Made by a program: the position numbers and the translations under genes
Shown here: piece by piece, positions 51,804 through 61,119 of the stretch
How the letters are laid out: every line of letters begins with the position of its first letter
Position numbering within the stretch: the first letter of the stretch is position 1
Notes under the pieces: generated by a model
What the model was told of the DNA's origin: nothing
The model's input: the letters and a program-made list of their open reading frames with translations, nothing else
Databases searched by the model: none
Assembly (NCBI GenBank): GCA_037308085.1
Contig: CP147779.1
Coordinates: 480,001-544,000 of the forward strand
Origin: Promethearchaeati archaeon SRVP18_Atabeyarchaeia-1
GTDB taxonomy: Archaea; Asgardarchaeota; Atabeyarchaeia; Atabeyarchaeales; Atabeyarchaeaceae
Length of the DNA: 64,000 nt
Direction: 5' to 3'

Positions 51804-52466
51804 CTACCCTTTCTCCTTCTCTTTCTTGGATTTCCCTGACGGCGCACTGGTCTCGAGTTCACTTCTCAACTGGTCGAGTTCTTTTTCAACTTCCTTCCGC
51901 TCAACACTCTTGTCCGAAGAGGGAACCTTAGGGAGCTGACCACCTTCTTCCAGAGCAACCTCAGCTTCCAACTTCTCAAGCTCGCCATCGACGCTAGGTT
52001 CGCCTTCGTCCACTGCAAGCCCAGAACTCAGAATCTCAGATGTCTGCTCAACCTCGCGCATCAGTGACTCAGTCTTGGCGATCTGCTCAACTGACCTCTC
52101 GACATCGACCAGCTTCTGGGCGCGAGAAAGCTCACCAGCTGCAAGGTTAAGGGCTTGATACATTTCGACATCGTCATGAGAACCTTCAATAGCCGTTATT
52201 GAGTCTTCTAGACTAGCTCTCATGCGGTCATACCTATTCATAAGAGTTTGACATCTCTGCCATCTGCCAAGGTAGAACTTACCCGCCGTCTTGTTCCTGT
52301 GTCTGATACTCTCCTTGGCTTTTTCATAGTACTCCATCGCCTGCCTCTCGAAACCACGGCTCCTAAAGGTCAGCTTGTTTACTGTTGATCTTATCTGTGC
52401 GACGCTCTCATCCTTGCTCTTCTTCTTACCGAAGATCCTCCCGATAATGTCGCTCAAATCAACCAC
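51804..52466 (-). CDS. Snf7/ESCRT-III protein (Vps20/32/60-like)
   Basis: IFGKKK N-terminus, basic helical hairpin, acidic C-half, LPKVP, terminal ELDQLR helix. Confidence 0.8.
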   Translation of the reverse strand: MVDLSDIIGRIFGKKKSKDESVAQIRSTVNKLTFRSRGFERQAMEYYEKAKESIRHRNKTAGKFYLGRWQRCQTLMNRYDRMRASLEDSITAIEGSHDDVEMYQALNLAAGELSRAQKLVDVERSVEQIAKTESLMREVEQTSEILSSGLAVDEGEPSVDGELEKLEAEVALEEGGQLPKVPSSDKSVERKEVEKELDQLRSELETSAPSGKSKKEKEKG

Positions 52467-52505
52467 TCAACTATCTAACTGGACAGACTAGACGGAATAC
52501 TGCCT

Positions 52506-53114
52506 CTAGACTTTCGATTCCTTGAGTTTCTTAATCTGCTTCTCAAGCTCTGACTCTTTTCCACTGGGTACGGGAAGAGAGGTTGTTGCTTCAACTTCAG
52601 CATCTATTTGTCCCATGGCCTGATTCACGTCTTCCGGGGTCACGACAGTTGAACCAACGGCTCTGTCGACGCTACTCTCAGTGACTTCCTGTGCGAGCTC
52701 GACATGTTGAAATTCCTTGTCAATATCATCAACCATGGTCGCAATATCGGGGATATTCACGGACACCCTCAAGTCCTTGAGGGTCGTTCTCATGCTTCCA
52801 AGAATATCGGCTATGTCATGAGCCATCTGACTCTGGCGAAGCCTGAACAACATACCTTCTATCCTAAGGCGGTACATATCGATTCCTAAAGCCCATTTCT
52901 GGTAACGAACGTACTGCTCGGCATACATTCTAGCGGCAGAATCATTGCCTTCCTTCCTGTACTGCAGGGCTTTTTCTCTATTGCGCCTGTATTCAGCTTC
53001 GAGTTGCCGACGCTGGAAATCCATTTTCTTGCAGAACACGTCTATATTGACTATTAGGCGACGATAGTCTGATCCCTTGATCCACTGGGTAAAACGCTTA
53101 AGCACAGATGGCAA
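52506..53114 (-). CDS. Snf7/ESCRT-III protein (Vps2/24/46-like)
   Basis: GNDSAARMYAEQYVR helix, LPVP, ELEKQIKKLK MIM1-like C-terminus. Confidence 0.8.
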   Translation of the reverse strand: MPSVLKRFTQWIKGSDYRRLIVNIDVFCKKMDFQRRQLEAEYRRNREKALQYRKEGNDSAARMYAEQYVRYQKWALGIDMYRLRIEGMLFRLRQSQMAHDIADILGSMRTTLKDLRVSVNIPDIATMVDDIDKEFQHVELAQEVTESSVDRAVGSTVVTPEDVNQAMGQIDAEVEATTSLPVPSGKESELEKQIKKLKESKV

Positions 53115-53346
53115 AGAATCCCACCACCCATATCAGACGGAATCCTCGAAAATAAACCTTTTTCCGACGGTAATGTTCGTCCATCAAAGAACTAATTGAG
53201 CAATTTGCAATATAAGGTCTTGCGAACAAACAAACTTCATTAGAGACCCAATCACTCTTAGTCGCAATGACGCGAAAAAGACTTCAGAACAGAAGCTGGT
53301 ACAACATCTCGGGCGGAAATGAAACAGGCAGAGTGAGTAAGCCGAA

Positions 53347-53973
53347 ATGAAAAGAGCTGCAGCAATACTGGCAGGAGGGGAATCAAGTCGCCTTCCGAAC
53401 AAGCCACTGGTTCTCCTCGCGAGGAAGCCCATGATCCTGTACACAATAGATAGGTGTAAGAAGATGGCTGATGAGTTGCTGGTTGTTGCGAACTCTGAGG
53501 AACAGTCTGACGCGATTCGGACCGCTATAGGCGAAGTGAAAAACCTGAGGATTGTGATCGACCGGAAGGAAGGCTTCTTCAGCCCGCTACTGGGGGCTCG
53601 CACCGCATTCGAGAATTCGAAAAGCGAGCTGACCCTCCTGCTCCCCTGTGACGCACCACTTGTAAGGGAATCAGTACTCGAGTTGCTTTTCACCGTAATT
53701 GATGACCGAGATGCCGTAATCCCCAGGCACCCCAATGGTCAAATAGAGCCACTTCACGCGGTCTATAGAACACGTGTCTCGCTCAAAGCCGTCTCCGATG
53801 CCCTCTCGTCCGGCAAGAGATCCATGAGAGATCTTATAATGAAGCTCAGTATAGTCTACATGTCAACTAAGGTGGTTAGACAGCTGGACCCGGACTTAGA
53901 TAGTTTTGCCAACGTGAACACCCAAGATGAACTGAAGAGCGTAGAGCAGAAACTCACTCGCAGTGTGTTGTAG
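53347..53973 (+). CDS. mobA: Molybdenum cofactor guanylyltransferase
   Basis: ILAGGESSR, PCDAP, EPLHAVY, NVNT. Confidence 0.92.
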   Translation: MKRAAAILAGGESSRLPNKPLVLLARKPMILYTIDRCKKMADELLVVANSEEQSDAIRTAIGEVKNLRIVIDRKEGFFSPLLGARTAFENSKSELTLLLPCDAPLVRESVLELLFTVIDDRDAVIPRHPNGQIEPLHAVYRTRVSLKAVSDALSSGKRSMRDLIMKLSIVYMSTKVVRQLDPDLDSFANVNTQDELKSVEQKLTRSVL

Positions 53974-53981
53974 GTGTTTCC

Positions 53982-54755
53982 ATGAGAACCGGCAACGCTG
54001 AACTAAGGGTCGAAATAATGGGCATTGAGGGGATACCAGAGATAAAGAGTGGGGACGACCTATCAAGGATCGTATCTCAGGCTGCTGAAAAGCAGGGGAC
54101 GCCACTCAAGGAACGCGACATAATTGTAGTGACGAGCAAGATTGTTTCACTAGCAGAAGGAAAGACCGTTGATTTACGGTCAGTAGAACCTTCACACCTC
54201 GCCAAGCGGATAGCAACCGAGTCGGAAAAAGACCCAAGGCAAGTAGAGGTGATCCTGAGAGAAGCCAAGTCTATAGTACGTATGTCAAGAAACCACTTGA
54301 TAGTCGAAACCAAGCACGGGTTTGTGTGCGCAAATGCCGGGGTAGACAAGTCGAACGTAAAGGGAGAGAACATGGTCGCGACGCTGCCTGACGACCCAGA
54401 CCGCTCGTGCAAGAGAATCAGAGACGGCATAAGAAAGCTATCCGGAATCGACGTGGCTGTCGTCTTGGCCGACACTTTCGGAAGATCTCTAAGGAGAGGA
54501 GTTGCCAACGTTGCGATTGGGGTTGCAGGTCTAGCCCCCATCTTGGACTTGCGCGGAACCTCTGACATGTACGGCTACAAACTCCGCGTGACCCAAATAG
54601 CGGTCGCAGATGAGCTCGCGTCTTCTGCGGAGCTTGTTATGGGTAAGACGAATTGGATACCAGCTGTAATAATCCGCGGCTACAAGTACGAGAAAAATGA
54701 GGACGCGACGGCAAAGATCCTTGCACTTCCAGAAGAAGAAGACATTTTCAGGTAA
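53982..54755 (+). CDS. cofE: Coenzyme F420-0:L-glutamate ligase
   Basis: TSKIVS.AEG, CANAGVDKSN, LP.DPD.S, DTFGR, ADELAS. Confidence 0.95.
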   Translation: MRTGNAELRVEIMGIEGIPEIKSGDDLSRIVSQAAEKQGTPLKERDIIVVTSKIVSLAEGKTVDLRSVEPSHLAKRIATESEKDPRQVEVILREAKSIVRMSRNHLIVETKHGFVCANAGVDKSNVKGENMVATLPDDPDRSCKRIRDGIRKLSGIDVAVVLADTFGRSLRRGVANVAIGVAGLAPILDLRGTSDMYGYKLRVTQIAVADELASSAELVMGKTNWIPAVIIRGYKYEKNEDATAKILALPEEEDIFR

Positions 54756-54764
54756 CCTCTTCCC

Positions 54765-54984
54765 AAAGCTTGAAGCTCCCGTGCTTTCCGTTTCGTTCGC
54801 CCTGTCTCCGCCCCTCGCCGGGTCGGTGGTTCTGGAAAGCCAGTTACGGAAGTTGCGACTCTTGGGCTTTCTTGCGTCGCATGTCTTCAGCCCGCTCACC
54901 TCGTCAGACGCGGTGGGTTACACCTCGCGCCTCGGCACTCCGAGGCAACCATCCAAAGCCCCGCCCCTTAGGACGGGGGAGTTC
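54765..54984 (-). ncRNA. IS200/IS605-derived structured element, HEARO/omegaRNA-like, with no ORF
   Basis: Begins with the hairpin CCCCGTCC-TAAG-GGGCGGGG-CTT; further stems GCCTCGG/CCGAGGC and TGCGAC/GTCGCA; GGCGAGGGG near the 3' end. Confidence 0.55.
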
Positions 54985-54985
54985 T

Positions 54986-55906
54986 CTACCTTTGCAGCAG
55001 CATGGAGCAGTAACCGACTATCGCATCTCTTGATCCTTGAGTATCATAGGATGTGGCGTACTTGACCAGTTCGGCCTTGGAGACGCCCAGTTGCTTGGCA
55101 GCAGTTATCGCTACCGCGACCGGCGCATATCCACACATTGTCAAATGTTTTTCGCTGACAAGTCGAAGAAGCTTTTTCTCATCCAAGTTCTTGATAGCCT
55201 CTATCACTTCCGCGTCGGTGTCTTTCACCCAGCTCACAACTTTTTCGATTGGAGTCATTCCCACGGGCGCGTAGCCATAGTGGATTCCGTAGTGAGTTAA
55301 ATCGGTACTTGCTATGACAGCTACGTCTCTATTCATTTCGACGACCGTGCTGGCAATCGCTTCACCTATTTCAGCACAGGTTTCCAAGTCTCCCAAGGAT
55401 GTTGCTATAGGGACGATCTGAAGCCGCTCACCATACAGGGACTGGAGGAATGGCAACTGAACTTCTAAAGAATGCTCGTCCTCATGAACTGACGCATCGT
55501 CGGCGATTATGGCGCCGTGCTTCAGTAGAGTATCGGAGAATTCTTCATCAATCTCAACGTCACCTAGAGGGGTGCGCCACAGTCCACGCTTCATGATTGC
55601 GACGCCAGCACCTAGCCCATGTACTGGACCCACCAATACGAATGTTCGAGGCACCCCGTCGACCGCCATCCGATAGTATAACGATGCCGCAACAGGCCCA
55701 GAATAAATGTATCCAGCGTGGGGAACGACCCCCGCAATGATCCTCCTAGCACCTTCTTGATTTACCTTGGGATGCATCTTTGGGCCGTAAGGACTCATGT
55801 AGCAGTTCTCAATAGCTCGAAGTAGAGAATCCTTGTCACCCGGATAGAAGCCAATCGCACACGGCATCCTCACTTGCTTTGAAGCTTTTCCTCCCAATTT
55901 GGCCAA
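54986..55906 (-). CDS. MEMO1/AmmeMemoRadiSam protein B
   Basis: PHAGYIYSG, EHSLEVQLPFLQ, ASTDLTHYG, MCG, VGY. Confidence 0.94.
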   Translation of the reverse strand: MAKLGGKASKQVRMPCAIGFYPGDKDSLLRAIENCYMSPYGPKMHPKVNQEGARRIIAGVVPHAGYIYSGPVAASLYYRMAVDGVPRTFVLVGPVHGLGAGVAIMKRGLWRTPLGDVEIDEEFSDTLLKHGAIIADDASVHEDEHSLEVQLPFLQSLYGERLQIVPIATSLGDLETCAEIGEAIASTVVEMNRDVAVIASTDLTHYGIHYGYAPVGMTPIEKVVSWVKDTDAEVIEAIKNLDEKKLLRLVSEKHLTMCGYAPVAVAITAAKQLGVSKAELVKYATSYDTQGSRDAIVGYCSMLLQR

Positions 55907-56122
55907 GTTTTACGACCTCCTATTCGAATCTTGCACGACCAAATGTAGCCTTTAGAATATGCCCAGAATACTAGGATCCAATCTAAAATAAATCCTTATT
56001 TAACTCCATGGAGACGCAACGCCCTCTTGTAGTTGATGCCCTGTTTCCTCGCCCAATCGGATTGTCATATTTAACCACTCGCCATATACGGACCTACTTA
56101 GTGTCAAATCTCTCTATTGTTG

Positions 56123-56635
56123 CTACTCTCTGCGGGACTTCGCGACCCTTCTCTTCAGCTTCGTGCCACATATTGGGCAAACGTCCGACTCGGACGAGGC
56201 CGGATATTCCCTGAAGCACGCCGGGCAGGCGAGTCTCCAAACATAGCGATTGCGAATGCCCCTCTCAACGTACGGGAGGTATCCTATATTCAACATCCTA
56301 GCGAGATTCTGCAAAGCGTAGTCGTCGGAGACTAGAATGGGTTGATGGCCACCATCTCTTAGCTGCAGTGAAAGCGCGAGCAGAGACTTGTCGGTTGTTG
56401 AGACAGAGACGTCTCCGGTCTTCAAAACCGTCTCGTCGACTCTTTGAACGTATGATTCTTCTGGGGCGACGACCTCGATCGATGTCTCGCTAAGAAGCGG
56501 CAGCTGAGTTGCCGAGTCGACCATGCCCCCTGGCAGTTCGCCAATGACGTTTGGAGTGGTGAATTGCCTAGCATTCGATAGATGGCTTGAGAAACCGCTC
56601 AAGATCGCGCATGTATCGAGTACAATAATAGGCAC
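56123..56635 (-). CDS. nob1: Nob1 rRNA endonuclease (PIN plus zinc ribbon)
   Basis: VLDT, S.TD, SDDYALQN, CPAC...CPICG. Confidence 0.92.
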   Translation of the reverse strand: MPIIVLDTCAILSGFSSHLSNARQFTTPNVIGELPGGMVDSATQLPLLSETSIEVVAPEESYVQRVDETVLKTGDVSVSTTDKSLLALSLQLRDGGHQPILVSDDYALQNLARMLNIGYLPYVERGIRNRYVWRLACPACFREYPASSESDVCPICGTKLKRRVAKSRRE

Positions 56636-56736
56636 GCCTTTCTCTCCATGTTTGGATTTCAAGTTTCAAAGTACCGTCCGTTTCCTGTTTTCAGGGTAAA
56701 GTGATCGGATAGAATGCAGTCCGATTTGGCAGACTT

Positions 56737-57558
56737 CTATTTCGTGGAGCTAATGTTTAGCCTGCGTTTTAGGCGCTCGTAGAAATTAAGCCCTGTCCTC
56801 AGAATTGAGACTTTGCTCCTTGACTTCGATATCCTAATCTCTCTTACACCTGACAGGCGGGATTGGTATTCCCCGTCAACCAAAGTCATCAAATCGCCTT
56901 CGGTTATCACTTTGATCATGATAATCGAATCAGACGGAACTATGTAGGGCTTGAAATTTGTCGAAAGGGCGCAGATAGGAACTATCATTATTGCCTCGAG
57001 ACGTGGATCGATTATGTTTGCGCCGGCACTCAGCGCATAAGCCGATGCTCCCGTATTCGTCGATATGATTACGCCATCAAGCTTGTCTCTGGCTATCAAG
57101 ACATCATCTACGTAGACTTCCACCTCAATTGGATGAGATGGAAGAGGACAGCCCACTCTGAATTCATTCATGGCAAAAGGCGTGTCGAGGTTACTCTCTA
57201 GGCTGAAGCACTCGTCCTTCGAGAATCTGCCGGCAAGGAGCTTATCCAAGGCTTTTAGAGCCTGGTTCCAGTCCTCATCACAAAGAAATCCCACCGTTCC
57301 CATCCTGATGGGGAAAATCGGAACCTTTCCGCCCGTCATATGAAAGGCACGTAATACGGTGCCGTCCCCTCCAATAGTCACAATAAGATCAACCTTGAAA
57401 TCAACTGTAGCCTTGTCCTTTGACCTTAAGATGTTGGCAAGTTCTTTTTCGTACCTGACCGATAATCCCTTGCCCTCCAGGTAAGAGCCTATTTCCCTAG
57501 CTAGTCTTGTCGCTTCTTCTTTGTCTAGCCTTGAGATCAGCGCGACGCTACTGAACAA
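56737..57558 (-). CDS. nadK: NAD kinase
   Basis: GGDGT, GTVGFL, NE, DG.IIST.TGAS.YALSAG. Confidence 0.92.
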   Translation of the reverse strand: MFSSVALISRLDKEEATRLAREIGSYLEGKGLSVRYEKELANILRSKDKATVDFKVDLIVTIGGDGTVLRAFHMTGGKVPIFPIRMGTVGFLCDEDWNQALKALDKLLAGRFSKDECFSLESNLDTPFAMNEFRVGCPLPSHPIEVEVYVDDVLIARDKLDGVIISTNTGASAYALSAGANIIDPRLEAIMIVPICALSTNFKPYIVPSDSIIMIKVITEGDLMTLVDGEYQSRLSGVREIRISKSRSKVSILRTGLNFYERLKRRLNISSTK

Positions 57559-58066
57559 GATTTGAGACCACCTTGAACGAATCGGAGAATTGGGAGAATT
57601 TGACTCCTGCAATCCAAAGAAAAAAGCGAGCTTGTCTATGACCCATACGTCCACTTAATGACTTGATCGAATGCTTATATTACTTGCCTAAACGGTTCTG
57701 TCAAGTCTATCGTTGACTTATATGTCGGAAACGGCTGTAAGTGTCTAAGCACTTCCTCATTCCCACGGCATGTGGCTTACCTAGCTGAATGCGGGAGAGG
57801 AACAAAGGCAGGATACAGACGCAGGGCTGCGGTTCAGCCTGCTGGGAGTGGTAGGTGAAGCGATGGTAACGGCACCCCCGTTCCGAAGGAAGGGTAATCC
57901 GTTTAGTCGATGCCACCCAGTTGAGTCTTCAACCGAAGACTTGGCAGAACCCTAAACGAAACTGAACATGTCTTAAGGCGAAACTCTTAAGAAGGTTGAC
58001 TTCCAATGCCTTTGGCAGTGCAGTATGGATCAAGGTTTGAGTTCTCAGCGAGTTCTGGAAGTGACC

Positions 58067-58465
58067 ATGTTGAGCAAGAAGCCCGTTGAAGCTGGAAGTC
58101 TGAAAGAGGGCAACTACGTGATAATAGATGAAGAGCCAAGCAAAATAGTCAGTATAGAAAAAGGAAAAACTGGAAAGCATGGCCACGCAAAAGCTCACAT
58201 TGTTGCAGTAGGCATTTTCAACAACCAGAAACGGAGCCTTGTTCTTCCAGTAGATTCCACGGTCTATGTTCCAATAATTGACAAGCGGACTGCGCAGGTC
58301 ATTTCAGTTTCGCAGAATGCATTAATGTTAATGGATATGGAGACATATCAGAACTTTGACGTAGACAAATCAGACGTTGAAATAAGTGAGAATCTTGAGG
58401 TAGGGAACCAAGTCGAATACTGGGATGTCCTGGGAAAGAAGAGGGTAATGCGATCAAAAGGCTAA
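58067..58465 (+). CDS. eif5a: Translation factor aIF-5A
   Basis: KTGKHGHAK hypusine motif. Confidence 0.97.
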   Translation: MLSKKPVEAGSLKEGNYVIIDEEPSKIVSIEKGKTGKHGHAKAHIVAVGIFNNQKRSLVLPVDSTVYVPIIDKRTAQVISVSQNALMLMDMETYQNFDVDKSDVEISENLEVGNQVEYWDVLGKKRVMRSKG

Positions 58466-58494
58466 GACGTTAGTGGGTGGAAACCGGCACAACC

Positions 58495-58896
58495 TTACTT
58501 CTCCAGAACCTCCTCGATCTTGTTAGCGTATTCTTTGAGGATCCGAATCACCAATCCTAGGTTTTCCTCTTCAGATCCCGCACCTATGAGCAACAATCTC
58601 GGCCCCGCGCTTGTTAGAATAGTATAACCGCCAGCACCCCTTACAATTACCTGCCGCAACGGTGCCTGCTCCATCCTCTCCGCACTCATCTCGCCCATGC
58701 TAAGCATCGCTGCAGATAGAGCAGCCAGCAGATCAGGATCAACATCCTTTCGCGCAAAGAAGGCGACTCTTCGTCCTTCCCTGGTGATCAAAGCGATAGC
58801 CTCGAGATCGATGTCGTTAGAGATCTTCTCAAGCAATTTCCCTATGCTTTTTTCCATCTCCTTGTCAAATAAAGAGTTACTGGAGTTGCTCATCAA
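58495..58896 (-). CDS. Roadblock/LC7 domain protein
   Basis: ALITREG, LAALSAAML..GE, QVIVRG..GY. Confidence 0.9.
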   Translation of the reverse strand: MMSNSSNSLFDKEMEKSIGKLLEKISNDIDLEAIALITREGRRVAFFARKDVDPDLLAALSAAMLSMGEMSAERMEQAPLRQVIVRGAGGYTILTSAGPRLLLIGAGSEEENLGLVIRILKEYANKIEEVLEK

Positions 58897-59120
58897 GATT
58901 CACCCACGTAAATATTATATGTTCTATCTTATATTTAGAAGGGTATACTCACTTCGACTAAGTGTGGCCACTCTGGGTCCGTATCGGGTTAATCCTAGAT
59001 GCCAGACTTATGGTGGTGAAGATTCATCTTTCTTTGGCTTCCGGGTCAAGGAAACTAATGAAGAGATTTGACCGTACTTGTTCAGAACATGAGAAACTCT
59101 GGAGTTTAGAGGGAATATCT

Positions 59121-60488
59121 TTGTCAGTCTTCCAGAAACTTGGCGAATCGCTTCATGCTGCGCTTAGGAAACTCAGCGGGTCAGGCCTAGTCGATGAAAA
59201 AGCCATAAAGGAACTCACCAGGGACCTCCAGCGTGCCCTTCTCCAGTCTGATGTGAATGTTCAATTAGTCCTCGAATTATCCAAAAGAATTGAGGACAGG
59301 GCTCTCTCGGAGAAATTGCCTCCCGGGATTACCAGAAGAGAGCATATAACAAAAGTCGTTTATGACGAGCTAACGTGGATACTAGGCGAGAAGAATGTAC
59401 CCTTAGAACTAAGCCCTTCAAAGCCAAACGTGGTAGTCCTAGTTGGCATTCAGGGATCAGGAAAAACGACAACCATCGGCAAAATGGCGAAACTGTTAAA
59501 GAAAGATTACAGGACAGCAATTGTAGCTGGGGACACTTTCCGAGTCGGAGCCTATGAACAGCTTAGGCAGATTGCCGAGCAGATTGGAGTTCCAATCTAC
59601 GGGAACCCGAACGAAAAGAATTCACTCAAATTGATAAAAGCTGGCGTGGAGGACTTTAGGAAGCAGGAATTCCAGCTAATCCTTGTGGATACTGCTGGCA
59701 GACACAAGGAAGAAAGCTCTTTGATGAAGGAAATGAGAGAGATTGTTACAGCGATCAAACCTGATGAAGTGATCTTGGTACTCGACGGAACGGTCGGGCA
59801 ACAGGCAGCATCACAAGCTCAAGTCTTCAAAGAGAACACGAATATAGGCTCAATCTTGGTGACCAAGCTCGACGGATCAGCCAAAGGAGGAGGCGCACTC
59901 TCTGCAGTAGCAGCAACGGGTGTACCAATCAAGTTCGTTGGTACTGGGGAAAAGATGGACGACCTTGAGAAGTTCAATCCTCCGAGTTTCGTCGGAAGGC
60001 TCCTAGGCATTCCCGATATCGAAGGTCTAGTGGAGAAAGTCAGAGAAGCGGAAGTGGCCCCGACAAAGGGACAAGTGCAGACCTTCCTTAAAGGGAAATT
60101 CACTCTTCTGGATTTTCTCGAACAGATAAAGAACGTCAGCAAAATAGGGACGCTAGATAAGATCGCTGGGTATATGGGTCTAGGACCAAAAATGCCCAAA
60201 GAGGCTCAGGAAATCGCAGAGGCTAGGATAGCGAAGTGGAAAGCTGCGATGCAATCAATGACAAGAGAGGAACTTAACGATCCGAAAATGATAAGTGGTT
60301 CGAGAACAACCCGCATCGCAAGGGGATCTGGGACTACACCAAGAGACGTGAAGGAACTTCTCAAGCAGTTCTATGCCTCTCAGAAGATGATGAAATCTTT
60401 TGGGCGTAAGAGAGGTGTGCCTAAGATACCCGGGGTTCCTCCGGATTTGATGAAGGGTCAACGTTTCATGAAGGATGAACGAAGTTGA
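59121..60488 (+). CDS. srp54: Signal recognition particle protein SRP54
   Basis: GIQGSGKTT, DTAGRH, TKLDGSAKGGGALS, M domain SMT..E, RIARGSG. Confidence 0.97.
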   Translation: MSVFQKLGESLHAALRKLSGSGLVDEKAIKELTRDLQRALLQSDVNVQLVLELSKRIEDRALSEKLPPGITRREHITKVVYDELTWILGEKNVPLELSPSKPNVVVLVGIQGSGKTTTIGKMAKLLKKDYRTAIVAGDTFRVGAYEQLRQIAEQIGVPIYGNPNEKNSLKLIKAGVEDFRKQEFQLILVDTAGRHKEESSLMKEMREIVTAIKPDEVILVLDGTVGQQAASQAQVFKENTNIGSILVTKLDGSAKGGGALSAVAATGVPIKFVGTGEKMDDLEKFNPPSFVGRLLGIPDIEGLVEKVREAEVAPTKGQVQTFLKGKFTLLDFLEQIKNVSKIGTLDKIAGYMGLGPKMPKEAQEIAEARIAKWKAAMQSMTREELNDPKMISGSRTTRIARGSGTTPRDVKELLKQFYASQKMMKSFGRKRGVPKIPGVPPDLMKGQRFMKDERS

Positions 60489-61081
60489 GGTCTTTCATTC
60501 TAATTATGGAGGAATTTCCTGAGATTAATAGGCGGGAAATAGATAGAGGCGTGATGAGTCAAGACGCAGTCACCCTCGCTGACTGTGTTCGTTCCTCTCT
60601 GTTTACTTCTCGCGGTGTCAGGAAAGATACCAAGGTAATAGTTTATCCACTGGGATCCAAGAGTAGACTAATACGAATTGAAGGCGACAAGCTCAGGTAC
60701 ATGGGACCAGACGAGAGATCGGTCTCGATACTGCTTTCAATGTCAGCTACAAGACTGGCTACTGAGGGAACTGGAAACGAGATCTCCTCCCCAGGAATTA
60801 CAGTAGTCAGGAAAAGCGAATCGCTTGCCGGACTCAAAGGAGACAGTCTTGTCGTTTTCCGAAGTTCAGAGGGATCTGATCAGAGGGCAGTAAGGCTCGG
60901 CGAGAATGTTGCGTGTCTTTGTGCACTAGACTGTGAACGGGGTTTTGGTGATATCGGTGACTTCTTGGAGGTTAACGGTAAATCTCCAATAGCGGTGAAG
61001 ACCCATGCTCAGATAGACAAAGCCATTCTCATCATGAACAATGAACTTGACAGGCAATATGCTAATGAAAGAAGCAAGTGA
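60485..61081 (+). CDS. TrmY-like SPOUT tRNA pseudouridine-54 methyltransferase (divergent)
   Basis: SLFTSRGVRKD, PDERS, PGI, NELD; adjacent to pus10. Confidence 0.7.
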   Translation: MRSFILIMEEFPEINRREIDRGVMSQDAVTLADCVRSSLFTSRGVRKDTKVIVYPLGSKSRLIRIEGDKLRYMGPDERSVSILLSMSATRLATEGTGNEISSPGITVVRKSESLAGLKGDSLVVFRSSEGSDQRAVRLGENVACLCALDCERGFGDIGDFLEVNGKSPIAVKTHAQIDKAILIMNNELDRQYANERSK

Positions 61082-61119
61082 TGTAGGAAATCAACGGCGT
61101 AAACGAGGTGTGTCGGGCG

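Noticed and set aside
57767-57917. tRNA-Sec, 5S rRNA, SRP RNA or fluoride riboswitch
   Set aside because: No TCA anticodon arm or T arm, and the diagnostic motifs of the other families are absent.
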